A DNA stretch of 64,000 bases from Alphaproteobacteria bacterium (GTDB lineage: Bacteria > Pseudomonadota > Alphaproteobacteria > MPNO01 > UBA830): contig OZ251539.1 of assembly GCA_965243135.1 (NCBI GenBank), forward strand, positions 256,001-320,000, read 5' to 3'. A program made the position numbers and the translations under genes. Position 1 is the first letter of the stretch, and every line of letters starts with the position of its first letter. Below the pieces are notes generated by a model. That model did no database searches, was not told the DNA's origin, and saw only the letters and a program-made list of their open reading frames with translations. This document shows, piece after piece, positions 10,784-20,654 of the stretch.

Positions 10784-10915
10784 GTCGTCCTGCGCGCCGC
10801 CCCTGCTGCCGCCCCGGGGACGGGCAATGAACGCCACCGCCCCGTTCCCGCCCTGGCGCAAACGTCTCCCTTGACGATCGGCGCTGCGGGTCTCCCGTCT
10901 CCGGAAAGGACGCTC

Positions 10916-11120
10916 ATGACCGCCTTCGAGATCGCTAACCTCGCCGTCGCTTCCATCAACGCGCTCGCGGCCGCCGTCGCGGCCGTCGGCGTATGGCCGC
11001 GATGGTCCGGCCAGCGACGAACGCGGGCAGCAGCAGAGCGCAGCCATGCAGCAGCAGCGCGAAGCCGACGAACGCCGCCACGAGGAGAACATGACGGCGC
11101 TCAAGGCGCTGCCAGACCGC
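10916..11120 (+). pseudogene. Frameshifted small membrane-anchored coiled-coil protein
   Basis: MTAFEIANLAVASINALAAAVAAVGVW (TM) continues in another frame as MQQQREADERRHEENMTALKAL; AAGGA RBS. Confidence 0.45.
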
Positions 11121-11485
11121 CGCGCCGGAGACCGTCGCCGAACGAACGACGCCGACGGACGACGGGGCGGGAACGAAGGGCGCCTGACGCCCTTCCCTGT
11201 CGGCGAGACCTTGAAGTCGAGCGACTGTCGCGGTCGCACGGGGCGCAAGTCCTGGCTCCGGCCGCTGCGCTCCAGCGGGTCGCCTTCCGCGGCCGCCCTT
11301 GCGCCGCGCCGCTGGACCGCTGGACGGTCGGCCCTCCCCGCGTCGTCGACGCCTCGGCTGCGACGCAGTTTCCGGCGTCGAGGACGGGCGCTTGAGCGGC
11401 CTCTTCGCGGTTCGACCTGCCCTTCATGGCGACGGGTCGGCAGCCTTTGGCCATGTCTTCTTGCCGTTCATCGACGGAGATTGAC

Positions 11486-11636
11486 CGCCTGACTTCTCCG
11501 CTGCATGCGGTCGGTCGGCCGCCATGCATGCTGCTCTTCAAGCTTGAGAGGGCGATTCACAGAGATTATCGCCTGACCTTTCCGCAACATGCAAACGGTC
11601 GGTCAGCCGTCACGCCACTTCAAACTTGAAGGGGCG
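11486..11636 (+). repeat. Two tandem copies (11486-11554, 11570-11636) of a ~70-bp repeat; third copy at 14021-14093
   Basis: Consensus CGCCTGACYTYTCCGC..CATGC(AAAC)GGTCGGTCRGCCG...CTTCAARCTTGA..GG. Confidence 0.8.
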
Positions 11637-11840
11637 CCATAATTGCCCTGCGGCCGCCGCGCGACGCGGCCGTCGACGAGAACGGCCGGCTCTCCCGCTC
11701 CGCGGCGCGGAATCCAGAGACGCTCCCGGCCCGCGAAGCCTGCAGGGAGACGCCGCCGGGCCCGAGGCGGCCTCCTCGGCCGGGCGGCCCGTCAAGCCGC
11801 GCGGCGTTCTTTCGCGGAGGCGGCCGTGACGGGAAGCCGT

Positions 11841-13382
11841 TCAGGCGGCCTCGCAGTCGAACCCGACGACGTTGCGCTCCTCGCGGCTGAACTCCACCCC
11901 GATCAAGTGCACCGAACGCCCGAGACGGCGGTACTTGTCCGCGTAACCCTTCTCCCGCAACTGCGCGAGCGCGACCCCCTCCCGCCCGCGCTCCACCACC
12001 TTGAACTCGAACAGGTAGACGCGCCCGCTGGCGCGGACCGCCATGTCGGCGCGCCCCCGGCTGCCGCTGTCCTCGGCCACCGGCTCGAGGCCCTCCATCA
12101 GGAAGCAACTGTGGATGACGCTCGCGTAGTGGGCCTCGTACTTCGCGACGGGGCTGTTCATGTACCACTGGTGCGGGATGGCGGCGAAGATGCCGCGGAA
12201 CAGGGTCCCGATGCGTTCGAAGTCGTTCGCCTCCAGCAGTTCGCCCAGCCGCAGGCGCCCCGTCTTCTTGCGCGCCTCGACCGGGAGCAGTTCTTCCAGC
12301 AGGGCCTCGCCCAGGCTCCGGCGCACCTCGAGGTTCGGGTAGTCCAGCCTGTAGTGCCCGTCCTCCTCGCCGGCGATGGTGAGGTAGCCGGTCTGGAACA
12401 GAAGCGCCTCGACCGAGATATTGTCCACGTCGAAGGTCGAGAGCAGGCTCTCGCTGCCGATCATGCCGTCCAGGTCGGGAGTGGGCAGGTCGCGGCGCGC
12501 CAGCGTCTCGACCAGGAAGGTCGGCGTGCCGCTCTGGAACCAGTACGGGCGGAACTCGCGCCGCTGAAACAGCAGCAGCAGGCCGAACGGGTTGTAGACC
12601 CTCTCCGGCCCGCGCCAGTTGTAGCCGTTGTACCAGCGCCGGATTTCGTCCCGGTCCAAGCCCTCGAGTTCCGGGGCGAAGGCCGCGTCCAGCTCCGCGT
12701 CCGTGCAGCCGCAGATGGACGAGAACTCCGGCGCCAGCGTGATGTCGTTCAAATTGTTCAGGCCCGAGAACAGGCCCGCCTGCGAAAACTTGCTCACCCC
12801 CGTCAGGAAAACGAAACGGAGCTGCCTGTCGCAGGTCTTGATCACCCCGTACAGGCTGCGCAGAAAATCGCGGTTGGCCAGCGCCAGTTCCCGGTCGCCG
12901 AGCGCGTCCAGGATCGGCTTGTCGTATTCGTCGACCAGAACGACCGTCCGCTGCCCGGTGCGCTCGTGCAGCGTCCTTATCAGGCGCCGGAAACGGACCG
13001 CAGCCCCGGCGGGGCCCGGTTCGAGGCCGGCCTGCATCTCCGTCTCTTCCAGCTGCGCTTCCACGGTTTCCCGAACCCCGTCCGGGCCGTCGAAGCGGCC
13101 CACGCCGCTGAAATCCAGCCGCACGACCGGATGGCGCGCCGACCAGTCCCACTTGCCGTGCACGGCGAGGCCCCGGAACAGCTCCTCGCTTCCCTCGAAC
13201 AGTTCCTGCAGCGTGTCCACCAGCAGGGTCTTGCCGAACCGGCGCGGACGCGACAGGAAATAATATTGACCACCCTCGACGAGGCGGCGCACATGGTCCG
13301 TCTTGTCGACGTAGTAGCAGTCCATCTCTCCCCGGATTTTGCGGAGGGAGGTCATGCCGATCGGAAGCATGCGTTTCGTCAT
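11841..13382 (-). CDS. AAA-ATPase-like protein with C-terminal PD-(D/E)XK nuclease domain (copy 1, 513 aa)
   Basis: MTKRMLPIG, YYVDKT, LSRPRRFGKT (Walker A), LVDEYDKP (Walker B), FLTGVSKF, WYNGY, YNPF, GRADM...FEFK. Confidence 0.92.
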   Translation of the reverse strand: MTKRMLPIGMTSLRKIRGEMDCYYVDKTDHVRRLVEGGQYYFLSRPRRFGKTLLVDTLQELFEGSEELFRGLAVHGKWDWSARHPVVRLDFSGVGRFDGPDGVRETVEAQLEETEMQAGLEPGPAGAAVRFRRLIRTLHERTGQRTVVLVDEYDKPILDALGDRELALANRDFLRSLYGVIKTCDRQLRFVFLTGVSKFSQAGLFSGLNNLNDITLAPEFSSICGCTDAELDAAFAPELEGLDRDEIRRWYNGYNWRGPERVYNPFGLLLLFQRREFRPYWFQSGTPTFLVETLARRDLPTPDLDGMIGSESLLSTFDVDNISVEALLFQTGYLTIAGEEDGHYRLDYPNLEVRRSLGEALLEELLPVEARKKTGRLRLGELLEANDFERIGTLFRGIFAAIPHQWYMNSPVAKYEAHYASVIHSCFLMEGLEPVAEDSGSRGRADMAVRASGRVYLFEFKVVERGREGVALAQLREKGYADKYRRLGRSVHLIGVEFSREERNVVGFDCEAA

Positions 13383-13388
13383 TCGAAG

Positions 13389-13417
13389 AGGGTAGGCCGC
13401 CGCGCCGGAGCCGTCAA
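13389..13417 (-). promoter_or_regulatory. sigma70-type promoter positioned for a leaderless transcript of AAA copy 1
   Basis: TTGACG-N17-TACCCT-N6-ATG, no SD sequence; conserved before copy 2. Confidence 0.6.
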
Positions 13418-13834
13418 GAAGCCGGCGGCGGCAGGCCTGTCCGCGTCCCCCTGGCGCGGCAAGCAGCCGGCAGTTTCCGCGGCGGCACGGCGGGGAAAAG
13501 CGCGGAGGCGAGCGAAGCTGTCGTTCCGCGGAAATCCTGCCCCGCCGAGGCGAGCGCGTTCGACACGCTCGACGCACGGCCTGGAGGCCGCGGGCGGAAG
13601 CGAACGCCGACGGAAGGCGCCGCCGCCAAAGGCGACGCACGTCGACAACGACGCCGGCTTCGCGAGCCTCGACGGCAAGGTCGACCCCCTCGCCGCGGAA
13701 ACCGGGGCCGGCGCAACGCGACGGCAAGCGCCCTCGCCAGGGAAAGCCGCGCGCCTCGAAACCACGACGATTGTCGCGGCAGGCCTCGCCGCCCCCTGCG
13801 TTGGTTCGCCGCCGGAGGCGCGCGGCGACATGCG

Positions 13835-13910
13835 CCGCAAGCGGCGAAACGCCGGAACGCCTGGCAACGGTTCCGTCGAACGAGAGCGTCGCCCGGTCGA
13901 GCGAGCGGAC
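13835..13910 (-). repeat. Inverted copy of the 10708-10783 repeat
   Basis: Direct sequence comparison. Confidence 0.75.
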
Positions 13911-14020
13911 TTCCGCCGCCGAAAACCGTGGGCTCGTTCGAAGCCATCAACCGAAGCGGCTCGCGAAACCGAAGCCGGAAACGGCGGCGGCAGGCGTTGG
14001 CCTCCGGTTTTGTACTCACC

Positions 14021-14093
14021 CGCCTGACCTCTCCGCACCATGCAAACGGTCGGTCAGCCGTCACGCATGTTGCGCTTCAAACTTGAAGGGACG
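14021..14093 (+). repeat. Third copy of the ~70-bp repeat with CTTCAAACTTGAAG palindrome
   Basis: CGCCTGACCTCTCCGCACCATGCAAACGGTCGGTCAGCCGTCACGC...CTTCAAACTTGAAGGG. Confidence 0.8.
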
Positions 14094-14840
14094 GCACAGC
14101 CGCGTGACCGAGGCGCACTTCGACGTGTCGTGGGGTGCCCTGCCGGTGGTCGAGTGGCACGTGAAGGCGGGCGGCGCGGGCGTGCATCTGACCAATACCC
14201 GGCGCTGGAAGAATTACCTGTGGACGCGGATCAACGAGTGGTTCGCGCCCAACTTCGCCCAGACCCCGGAGATCTACCAGAACTCCGACCGCGAGAAGTT
14301 CTTCGTCCGCGCCGGCCTCAGCAAATGGGCCGTGCCCGTCGACGACACCAACACGATGATCATCGCCTGGCGGCACTTCAACGACGACCTCGACCTGGAC
14401 GGCAAGGGCGACCGCTCCGCGATCGGGCTCGACAAGGTCGATTTCCTGGGCCAGACCGGCGCGCGGTCCTACGAGGAGGGGCAGCGGATTCCGGGCGACT
14501 ACGAAGCCCAGAGGTGGGGCAGGGGCCGATCAACGTCCACGCGCTCGGGAACCTCGGGTACACGGACACGGGCGTGGCGCTGCTGCGTCGGACCTTGCGC
14601 GAAGGCATCCGGGCGGTCGGGGAGGGCGGGGGTCCTCCCGCGCCGACGGCCTCGGGCCACACGCCCACGCAGTGCGGCGACGTCATCGTCGACGTCGGGG
14701 ACATGCCGGACGACCGGGAAATCCAGGGCGAGATCGGCCGGGCCATCGGCCGCATCGTCGTCGAGACCGAGGAATTGCCTTACGCCGAACGCCGCGCCGA
14801 GATCGAGAGGCGCGTCCGCATGTATCTCGCGGAGCGCTGA
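14094..14840 (+). pseudogene. 5'-truncated, frameshifted Rieske oxygenase alpha subunit (C-terminal catalytic domain only)
   Basis: HSRV..HF, WAVPVDDTNT, PGDYEAQ / VGQGPI..H...LG.TD.GVALLRR; frame change near 14510; no Rieske CxH motif present. Confidence 0.7.
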
Positions 14841-14881
14841 TCGTGGGACGTTGCGGAACCGCGTCGACGGCTCCCTTCCGT

Positions 14882-14916
14882 CTCCCCCTTGCAGGGGGAG
14901 GGTCGGGGTGGGGGTC
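14882..14916. repeat. REP-like palindromic element
   Basis: CTCCCCCT-TGC-AGGGGGAG followed by GGTCGGGGTGGGGG, a common proteobacterial intergenic palindrome type. Confidence 0.55.
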
Positions 14917-14998
14917 GCGGCCAGGGGGGTGGGTCCGCGGCCCCGCGACGGCGCGCTCCGGAGATGGGCGGCGGCGCGAAATTAGGGTCATCTTGAAA

Positions 14999-15025
14999 TT
15001 GACCCCCCCCCCCGCCGGATACAAT
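14999..15025 (+). promoter_or_regulatory. sigma70 promoter with C11 homopolymer in the spacer (15-bp spacer), upstream of autotransporter
   Basis: TTGACC (14999-15004), C tract 15003-15013, TACAAT (15020-15025). Confidence 0.7.
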
Positions 15026-15139
15026 GAACGCGTGCGGGGGGAGTCGCGGCTCCCTGGCCGGTCGGGCGCGGCCGGGCCGCCGTGACGCGCCGAATCCCTC
15101 GACTCGTCGTCGAAACAGGAACCCGGAGGAGTTTTTGCC

Positions 15140-18100
15140 ATGAACGCAACGAAGACGGCGCGCCTCGGCCTCGCCGGGGGCCTCGCCCTGCTGGCGGCGG
15201 CATTCCTCCTCGCGCCGGGCGAGGCGCGGGCGGCCGACGAGTGCGGGGGGGCGATTTCCACCACGGTCACGAGCCGCACCTGCACCGCCACGACCTACAC
15301 CAACGGCATCATCTACCGGGACGTGGAACCCGGCGCGACCGCCGTCGCCACGGTCATCGTGCCGGGCGCCGCGACGGCGTGGACGGTCACCTCCGGGTCC
15401 GGGACCGGACTCGCGGGGAACGGCATCGCCCTGGCCAACCCGACCAGCCCCGTCGCCGGCGGCGGCCTCGCGCTCACGGTCGGCGGCGCCAGCGCCACCG
15501 CCAACAGGGTGAACATCCGCCAGCGCTCGTCCGGCCAGCCCTCCGGCACCGACGTCAACAACGGCATCTTCCTCCAAAACCGGTTCACGGGCGCGTCCAC
15601 GACGATGGTGACCGTTAAGGACGGCGTGACCATCGGGACGGATAGCGCCAGGATGCTTGGCTCGGGCATCGCCGCCGACGTGTTGCGCGGCTCCGGCGCG
15701 GCCGAGCTCACCAGCGCGGCCGAGATCCATTCGACGGAGAACGGCATCTCCCTCCTGAGGGGAGGGCAGTCCCACACCACGGCCGCCACGACCATCACCA
15801 ACACCGGCGCCATCTCGGCGGGAACATGGGGCATCCGTTTGCAATACCAGGTCGGCGACGCGACCAACGACGGCGACGCCAAGATCACCAACCACGGCGC
15901 CATCACGAAGCACGCCGGAGCGGCGGAGCACAGCGCCATCTATATGGATTATCAGGGCCGCGGCGCCGCCACGATCACCAACCACGGCGACATCACCGCC
16001 ACCGCCTCGGGCGTCACCTCGGGGTACGGCATCCATCTCGAATATAGCGCCGCCGGCTCGGGCGCCGCGCGGATCACCAACCACGGCGACATCGCGTCGA
16101 AGAACAACGCGATCTTTCTCAGATACCAGGGCGCGGGCGACGCCAAGATCATCAACAGCGGCGCCATCACCGCCACCCTGGGCACCGCGTCAGGCATCAA
16201 TCTGACGCACACGGGCTCCACCGGCGCCGCCACGGTCACCAACAGCGGCGACATCACGTCGAGCACCCTGGGCATCTCCGTCAAGACACAAGAGAAGACG
16301 GCCACCGGCTCGAACGCCGGCGCCTCCGTCATCCATTCGGACGGCCACATCGACGCTCCCACCGACGCCGGCATCCTGGTCGAGGTAGGCGAGGAACTCG
16401 AGACGATCGCCAACGCGGGCGACGCCATGCTCACGGTCACGGGCGGGTCGGTCGAATCGCGCGACGAAATCCTGGTTGCGCGGAACCGCCAGGCCGGCAA
16501 CGCCGTCATCGAAGTCTCCGAAGGCGTCACGCTGACCTCCCGGACCGGGCACGGCATCCTGGGCCACCTGCCGGCGGAGAACGTGGCGGGCGGCGTCACC
16601 ATCACCAACGCGGCGGAGATCACCGGCGCCGAGGCCGGCATCTACGCCTGGCGCCGGGCGGCCACCGGCGCCGGGGACATCTCGATCACCAACCACGGCG
16701 ACATCAAGAAGGCCGGGGACCGCGTGAATTTTGCCGGCATCTGGGTCCAGGACAGCGGAACCGGGGACGTCACGGTCACGAACGGCGGCGACATCGGCGA
16801 GGCGGGCGCCACCATGCACCAGCGCGGCATCTATGTCCTGAAGAGGGGGAGCTCGGGCGACGTCTTCGTCACGACCACCGGCGGCTCGATCATCGCGAAA
16901 GACGACGGCATCCGGGTGGCTGACAACGCCGGTCACACGGGCGCCGTCACGATCTCCAACGGCGGCGACGTCACGGCGGAGAAACCCATCCGCGCCACCA
17001 GGTTAGGCGCGGGCCCCGTCTCCTTCACCAACACCGGCGGGACCGTGCGGAGCGAGTCGGCGCACGCCATCAGCGTCACGAACAGGCTCGGCGACGCGAG
17101 CGACGTGACGGTCGACGTCTCGGGCGGGACGGTCCGGTCCCCCCACCACGCCGTCCATGCCGCCAACTTCGGCGCGGGCGACGTCATCGTCGATGTCGCC
17201 GCCGGCGCCACGCTCATCTCCGGGTCCACCGGTGCCCAGCCCCTCTCCGCGTCCATCGCCGCCGTCTCCGCCGAATTGTTCAGAGACCTGGCGTCCGACA
17301 ACCGGGTGAAGATCGCCCAGGGCGGCAGGATCGAGGGCCGCACGGGCGTCTACGCCAGGGCGGGAGGCTCCGGCGTCTTCGAGGACACGCCCGGCTACGA
17401 GGTCGCGAAGCGGGCCGAGGGGAAGCCCGACGTGATCGACGTCACGTGGACGGGCGCGTTCTCGCACGGGACGGCGGACACGGTCGCCCAGAGCGACGCG
17501 GGCCGCTACGAGGCGGCGACCGCCGCCAATTTGGTCAATTCCGCCCTGATCATAGAGGCCGAGCGCGCCACCGGCGGCGTCTACGGCTCGGCGGCGGGGG
17601 TCGAGGCGCAGGTCATGTCCCGGGGAGAGGTGAGAGCGGCAGTGGCGGCGAGCGACGACCCGGGCGCGATCGCGGACAAGGCCGCGCAGGACGCGCTGCT
17701 GGCGGCGGACGGCGACGCTTCGCGAAGGACGGCCATCCTGGAGCAGTTCAAGGCGGCGCTGGGGAACGAGGAGATCGACGCGGCGGCGATATTCGAGGCC
17801 ATCAAGACGGGCGCGACGAGCCTGGACGACGTGACGGACGAGGAGATCGCGGCGTATCTGGGCGCGCCCGACCGGACCACCAGGGGCGTGCTGCGCAACG
17901 TGCTGGCGCTGGGCCTCTCGGACGGGGAGAAGGCAGTGCTGAAGGCGGTGGCGACGGGCGGCGACGTGGACGCCGCGCTCACGGCCGCGGGCTTCGCGGA
18001 CGACCCCGCTGACGACGAGGACTACTGGAGCAGGGTGATGGCGCTGCTCGACCGCTACAACCCGGGCAACATCAAGATCGCCATGACCGGGGGCTCCATC

Positions 18101-19819
18101 GACTCGCGCGGCGACGGCATCCGCGCCTACTACACGACGCCCCACGACAACAACGGGGCCATTTCCGTCACCGTCGCCGACGGCGCGACCGTCACCGGCG
18201 GCATGGCCGGCATCTACGTCGCCAACGCGGGGCTGGATGCGGGCGTCGACGGGACCGTCGGGACCGCCGACGACATCCTGAAGCAGACCGTCGAGGTGAA
18301 CGGAATGGTGACGGGCGGCGCGGACGCGGCCGTTCATCTCGTGGGCGGCGGCACGCTGACCGTCGGCGAGACGGGCAAGGTGCACGCTGGCGAAGGTTCT
18401 TCGCGTCCGGCGATCCTGGTCAACGATCCCGGACGGTCGGTAATCCGGATCCATGGCGAGGTCAGGGGCAGCGCAGGCGCGGACGCGGCGGTGCATCTGA
18501 ACGGCGGCGGCAGCGTCGCCGTCGGTCCGAAGGGCCGCGTGGAAGCCAACGGAGCGGCTCTCGCGATCAGGGCCGACGGCGCGCCGACTCAGGTGACCGT
18601 GCTCCAGGACCCCGATCTCGCCAACGAGGGGGGCCTCACGCAGGATGGCGTCAATGACGCGTTGGTTAGGCTGGGCACCGTCGGCGGCGACACCGTCGTC
18701 GAGAGCGACTTGGGAGAGCCATTGCCGAACGCCATTGCCGTTCGGGTCCGCGAGACGACGCCGGACGGCGATCCCACCGGCTACGAGAGGCGGGGGACGA
18801 TCAACGATGACAACAGTATCAGCGTCAACACCGAGGGGCTTCCGAAAGGTCCTCCGGACCCCATGCCCTCCGGTCCGATGCTTTCCGGCCCGGACGACGC
18901 CACCGTCTTCGGTTCTTGCGAAGGGGTGCCGCGCTGCCGCCTTTACGAGGCGCTGCCGTCGGCGCTGCTGGCGATGAACGGACTCCCGACCTACGGGGAG
19001 CGCATGGCGGCGGCGCGGGACGGCGCCGGCGGCTGGGCGCGGATCGACGGCGCGGGCGGCGAGTGGAAGGCGAAGACCGCGACGCAGCCGAACGTCGCCT
19101 TCGACTACCGCCGGTACGGCGTGCAGGCGGGGGTGGACTTCGCGGTGGGCGGCGACAGGCGGTTCGGCCTGTCGCTGCGCGGGCTGCAGGGTTCGGCGGA
19201 GATGGCGGGGTCCGGCGGCGAGATCGATCTGTCGGGGGTCGGCGCGGGCGCGCACGGCACGGCGTTCCTCGGCGGCGGCTTCCACGTGGACGCGCAGGCG
19301 ATGGCGACCTGGTACGACGTCAAGCTGACCTCCGGCCGGAACGCGGTTCTGAAGGACGGCGCGAAGGCTCTGGGGCTGGCTCTCGGCGTCGAGGTCGGGC
19401 GGCGGATAGACATGGGCGACGGCCTGACCGTGATGCCCGGCGCCGGCCTGGCGTGGTCGGACGTGTCTCTGGACTTCACGGACACGATAGGCAGCGGCGG
19501 AGCCCGGGTGTCGGTGGAAGACGCGCGGAGCTTCGCGGGCCGCGCCGGGTTGCGCGCAGAGGCGCAACTGGAGAACGGCTTGCGGCTGTCCGGCTCGGTG
19601 GAGGCGACGCGCGAGTTCGCGGAGGCGCGGACGGCGAAGATCTCGAACGTCGCGCTGAAGACGACCGAGGCGCAGAAGACCGGGGTCCGCCTCGGGGTCG
19701 GCGGCGCGCGCAGCTGGGAGGACGGCCGCTACGCGCTGCGCGCCTCCGCCGGATACGCTGTCCGCGGCAACGGCAACGGCGAATTCCACGGCGGGGTCAA
19801 CCTCGCGATGCGCTTCTGA
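15140..19819 (+). CDS. Type Va autotransporter/adhesin, 1559 aa
   Basis: GGAGG RBS; signal peptide ending ARA; repetitive ITNHGDI/ITNSGAI beta-helix passenger; LYEALP linker helix; C-terminal beta-barrel (GWARIDG...GGVNLAMRF) ending in Phe. Confidence 0.92.
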   Translation: MNATKTARLGLAGGLALLAAAFLLAPGEARAADECGGAISTTVTSRTCTATTYTNGIIYRDVEPGATAVATVIVPGAATAWTVTSGSGTGLAGNGIALANPTSPVAGGGLALTVGGASATANRVNIRQRSSGQPSGTDVNNGIFLQNRFTGASTTMVTVKDGVTIGTDSARMLGSGIAADVLRGSGAAELTSAAEIHSTENGISLLRGGQSHTTAATTITNTGAISAGTWGIRLQYQVGDATNDGDAKITNHGAITKHAGAAEHSAIYMDYQGRGAATITNHGDITATASGVTSGYGIHLEYSAAGSGAARITNHGDIASKNNAIFLRYQGAGDAKIINSGAITATLGTASGINLTHTGSTGAATVTNSGDITSSTLGISVKTQEKTATGSNAGASVIHSDGHIDAPTDAGILVEVGEELETIANAGDAMLTVTGGSVESRDEILVARNRQAGNAVIEVSEGVTLTSRTGHGILGHLPAENVAGGVTITNAAEITGAEAGIYAWRRAATGAGDISITNHGDIKKAGDRVNFAGIWVQDSGTGDVTVTNGGDIGEAGATMHQRGIYVLKRGSSGDVFVTTTGGSIIAKDDGIRVADNAGHTGAVTISNGGDVTAEKPIRATRLGAGPVSFTNTGGTVRSESAHAISVTNRLGDASDVTVDVSGGTVRSPHHAVHAANFGAGDVIVDVAAGATLISGSTGAQPLSASIAAVSAELFRDLASDNRVKIAQGGRIEGRTGVYARAGGSGVFEDTPGYEVAKRAEGKPDVIDVTWTGAFSHGTADTVAQSDAGRYEAATAANLVNSALIIEAERATGGVYGSAAGVEAQVMSRGEVRAAVAASDDPGAIADKAAQDALLAADGDASRRTAILEQFKAALGNEEIDAAAIFEAIKTGATSLDDVTDEEIAAYLGAPDRTTRGVLRNVLALGLSDGEKAVLKAVATGGDVDAALTAAGFADDPADDEDYWSRVMALLDRYNPGNIKIAMTGGSIDSRGDGIRAYYTTPHDNNGAISVTVADGATVTGGMAGIYVANAGLDAGVDGTVGTADDILKQTVEVNGMVTGGADAAVHLVGGGTLTVGETGKVHAGEGSSRPAILVNDPGRSVIRIHGEVRGSAGADAAVHLNGGGSVAVGPKGRVEANGAALAIRADGAPTQVTVLQDPDLANEGGLTQDGVNDALVRLGTVGGDTVVESDLGEPLPNAIAVRVRETTPDGDPTGYERRGTINDDNSISVNTEGLPKGPPDPMPSGPMLSGPDDATVFGSCEGVPRCRLYEALPSALLAMNGLPTYGERMAAARDGAGGWARIDGAGGEWKAKTATQPNVAFDYRRYGVQAGVDFAVGGDRRFGLSLRGLQGSAEMAGSGGEIDLSGVGAGAHGTAFLGGGFHVDAQAMATWYDVKLTSGRNAVLKDGAKALGLALGVEVGRRIDMGDGLTVMPGAGLAWSDVSLDFTDTIGSGGARVSVEDARSFAGRAGLRAEAQLENGLRLSGSVEATREFAEARTAKISNVALKTTEAQKTGVRLGVGGARSWEDGRYALRASAGYAVRGNGNGEFHGGVNLAMRF

Positions 19820-20029
19820 AACCCCGGCGGCGGGCCGGCAACGCGCGCAGGCCCGCCGCCTCCCCGCCAGTCCGGCGCGCTCCCGGCCGCCGTCAAAGGC
19901 GTCGCTCCGCGACGGAACGGGAACCTTCCGTGGTTCCGGCCGCCTCGAAAGCTTCACGAGCCAGCGGAAACCGGTGCGTCGGCGACACGCTGCCAGGCGC
20001 CGGACGGCATCGCGAAACCCCCGGTTGGC

Positions 20030-20654
20030 GAAGCCCACGATTTCAGGCTCCCCAGTCCTGTCGAGACCCGCCTCGCGCGGCGATCCCTCCGGTCCATTGC
20101 GCTGGACATGCAGTGCCGCGCGCCCGGCGCAGCAACTTCGGGCGGCCGGTCACCGGGTCGGCGAGCGTACGGTGAACGCTCCACGATGCGGGCTACAATC
20201 TGCAGGCCAGCCGGAAAACGCTTGAAGGCGATCGGCGCCCGGCCGCGCAGTACGTCAATCGGCGCGCGAAGGCTTTTCAGAGGTTGGGTCAGCCGGTCGG
20301 TTGACGCGAAAAAGAAGGAAAGAATGACGGCGGGGAGTGGAAGGGACGGCCTGAACCGGTCCAGGTTCACGATTTTCAGATGCTCGGAAAAGCGCTTCCC
20401 TGCGGCGTTTTGACGAACGACGCGGGGTGGGCGAGCGTCGCCGTCGCCGCGGCGACGCTCGCCGTCGAAACGTTGCGCCGGTGGTGGCGTAAAATGGGAT
20501 GTCACCCGGGGCGCGCCGTCTGCTGATTGCGGCCGATGGCGTCGAACGGCAGCCGCAACCGCTTGTGGATATGGGAGTTGCAAAAGCTTGCCGACGATAC
20601 CGGCCTCCGGATCTCCGTTTGCCGATTTCCGCCCGGGACGAGAAAGTGGAACGA
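20030..20654 (+). pseudogene. ISAzo13-family transposase relic, 5' part
   Basis: Fragments RGDP.GPLRWT, GHRVGERTV, SVDAKKKE, PGARRLLIAADG, ELQKLADDTGL, PGTRKWN across several frames. Confidence 0.75.

Noticed and set aside
11486-11636. CRISPR array or integron attC sites
   Set aside because: Units are ~70 bp and degenerate with only a 15-bp gap; no cas or integrase gene; no RYYYAAC/GTTRRRY ends
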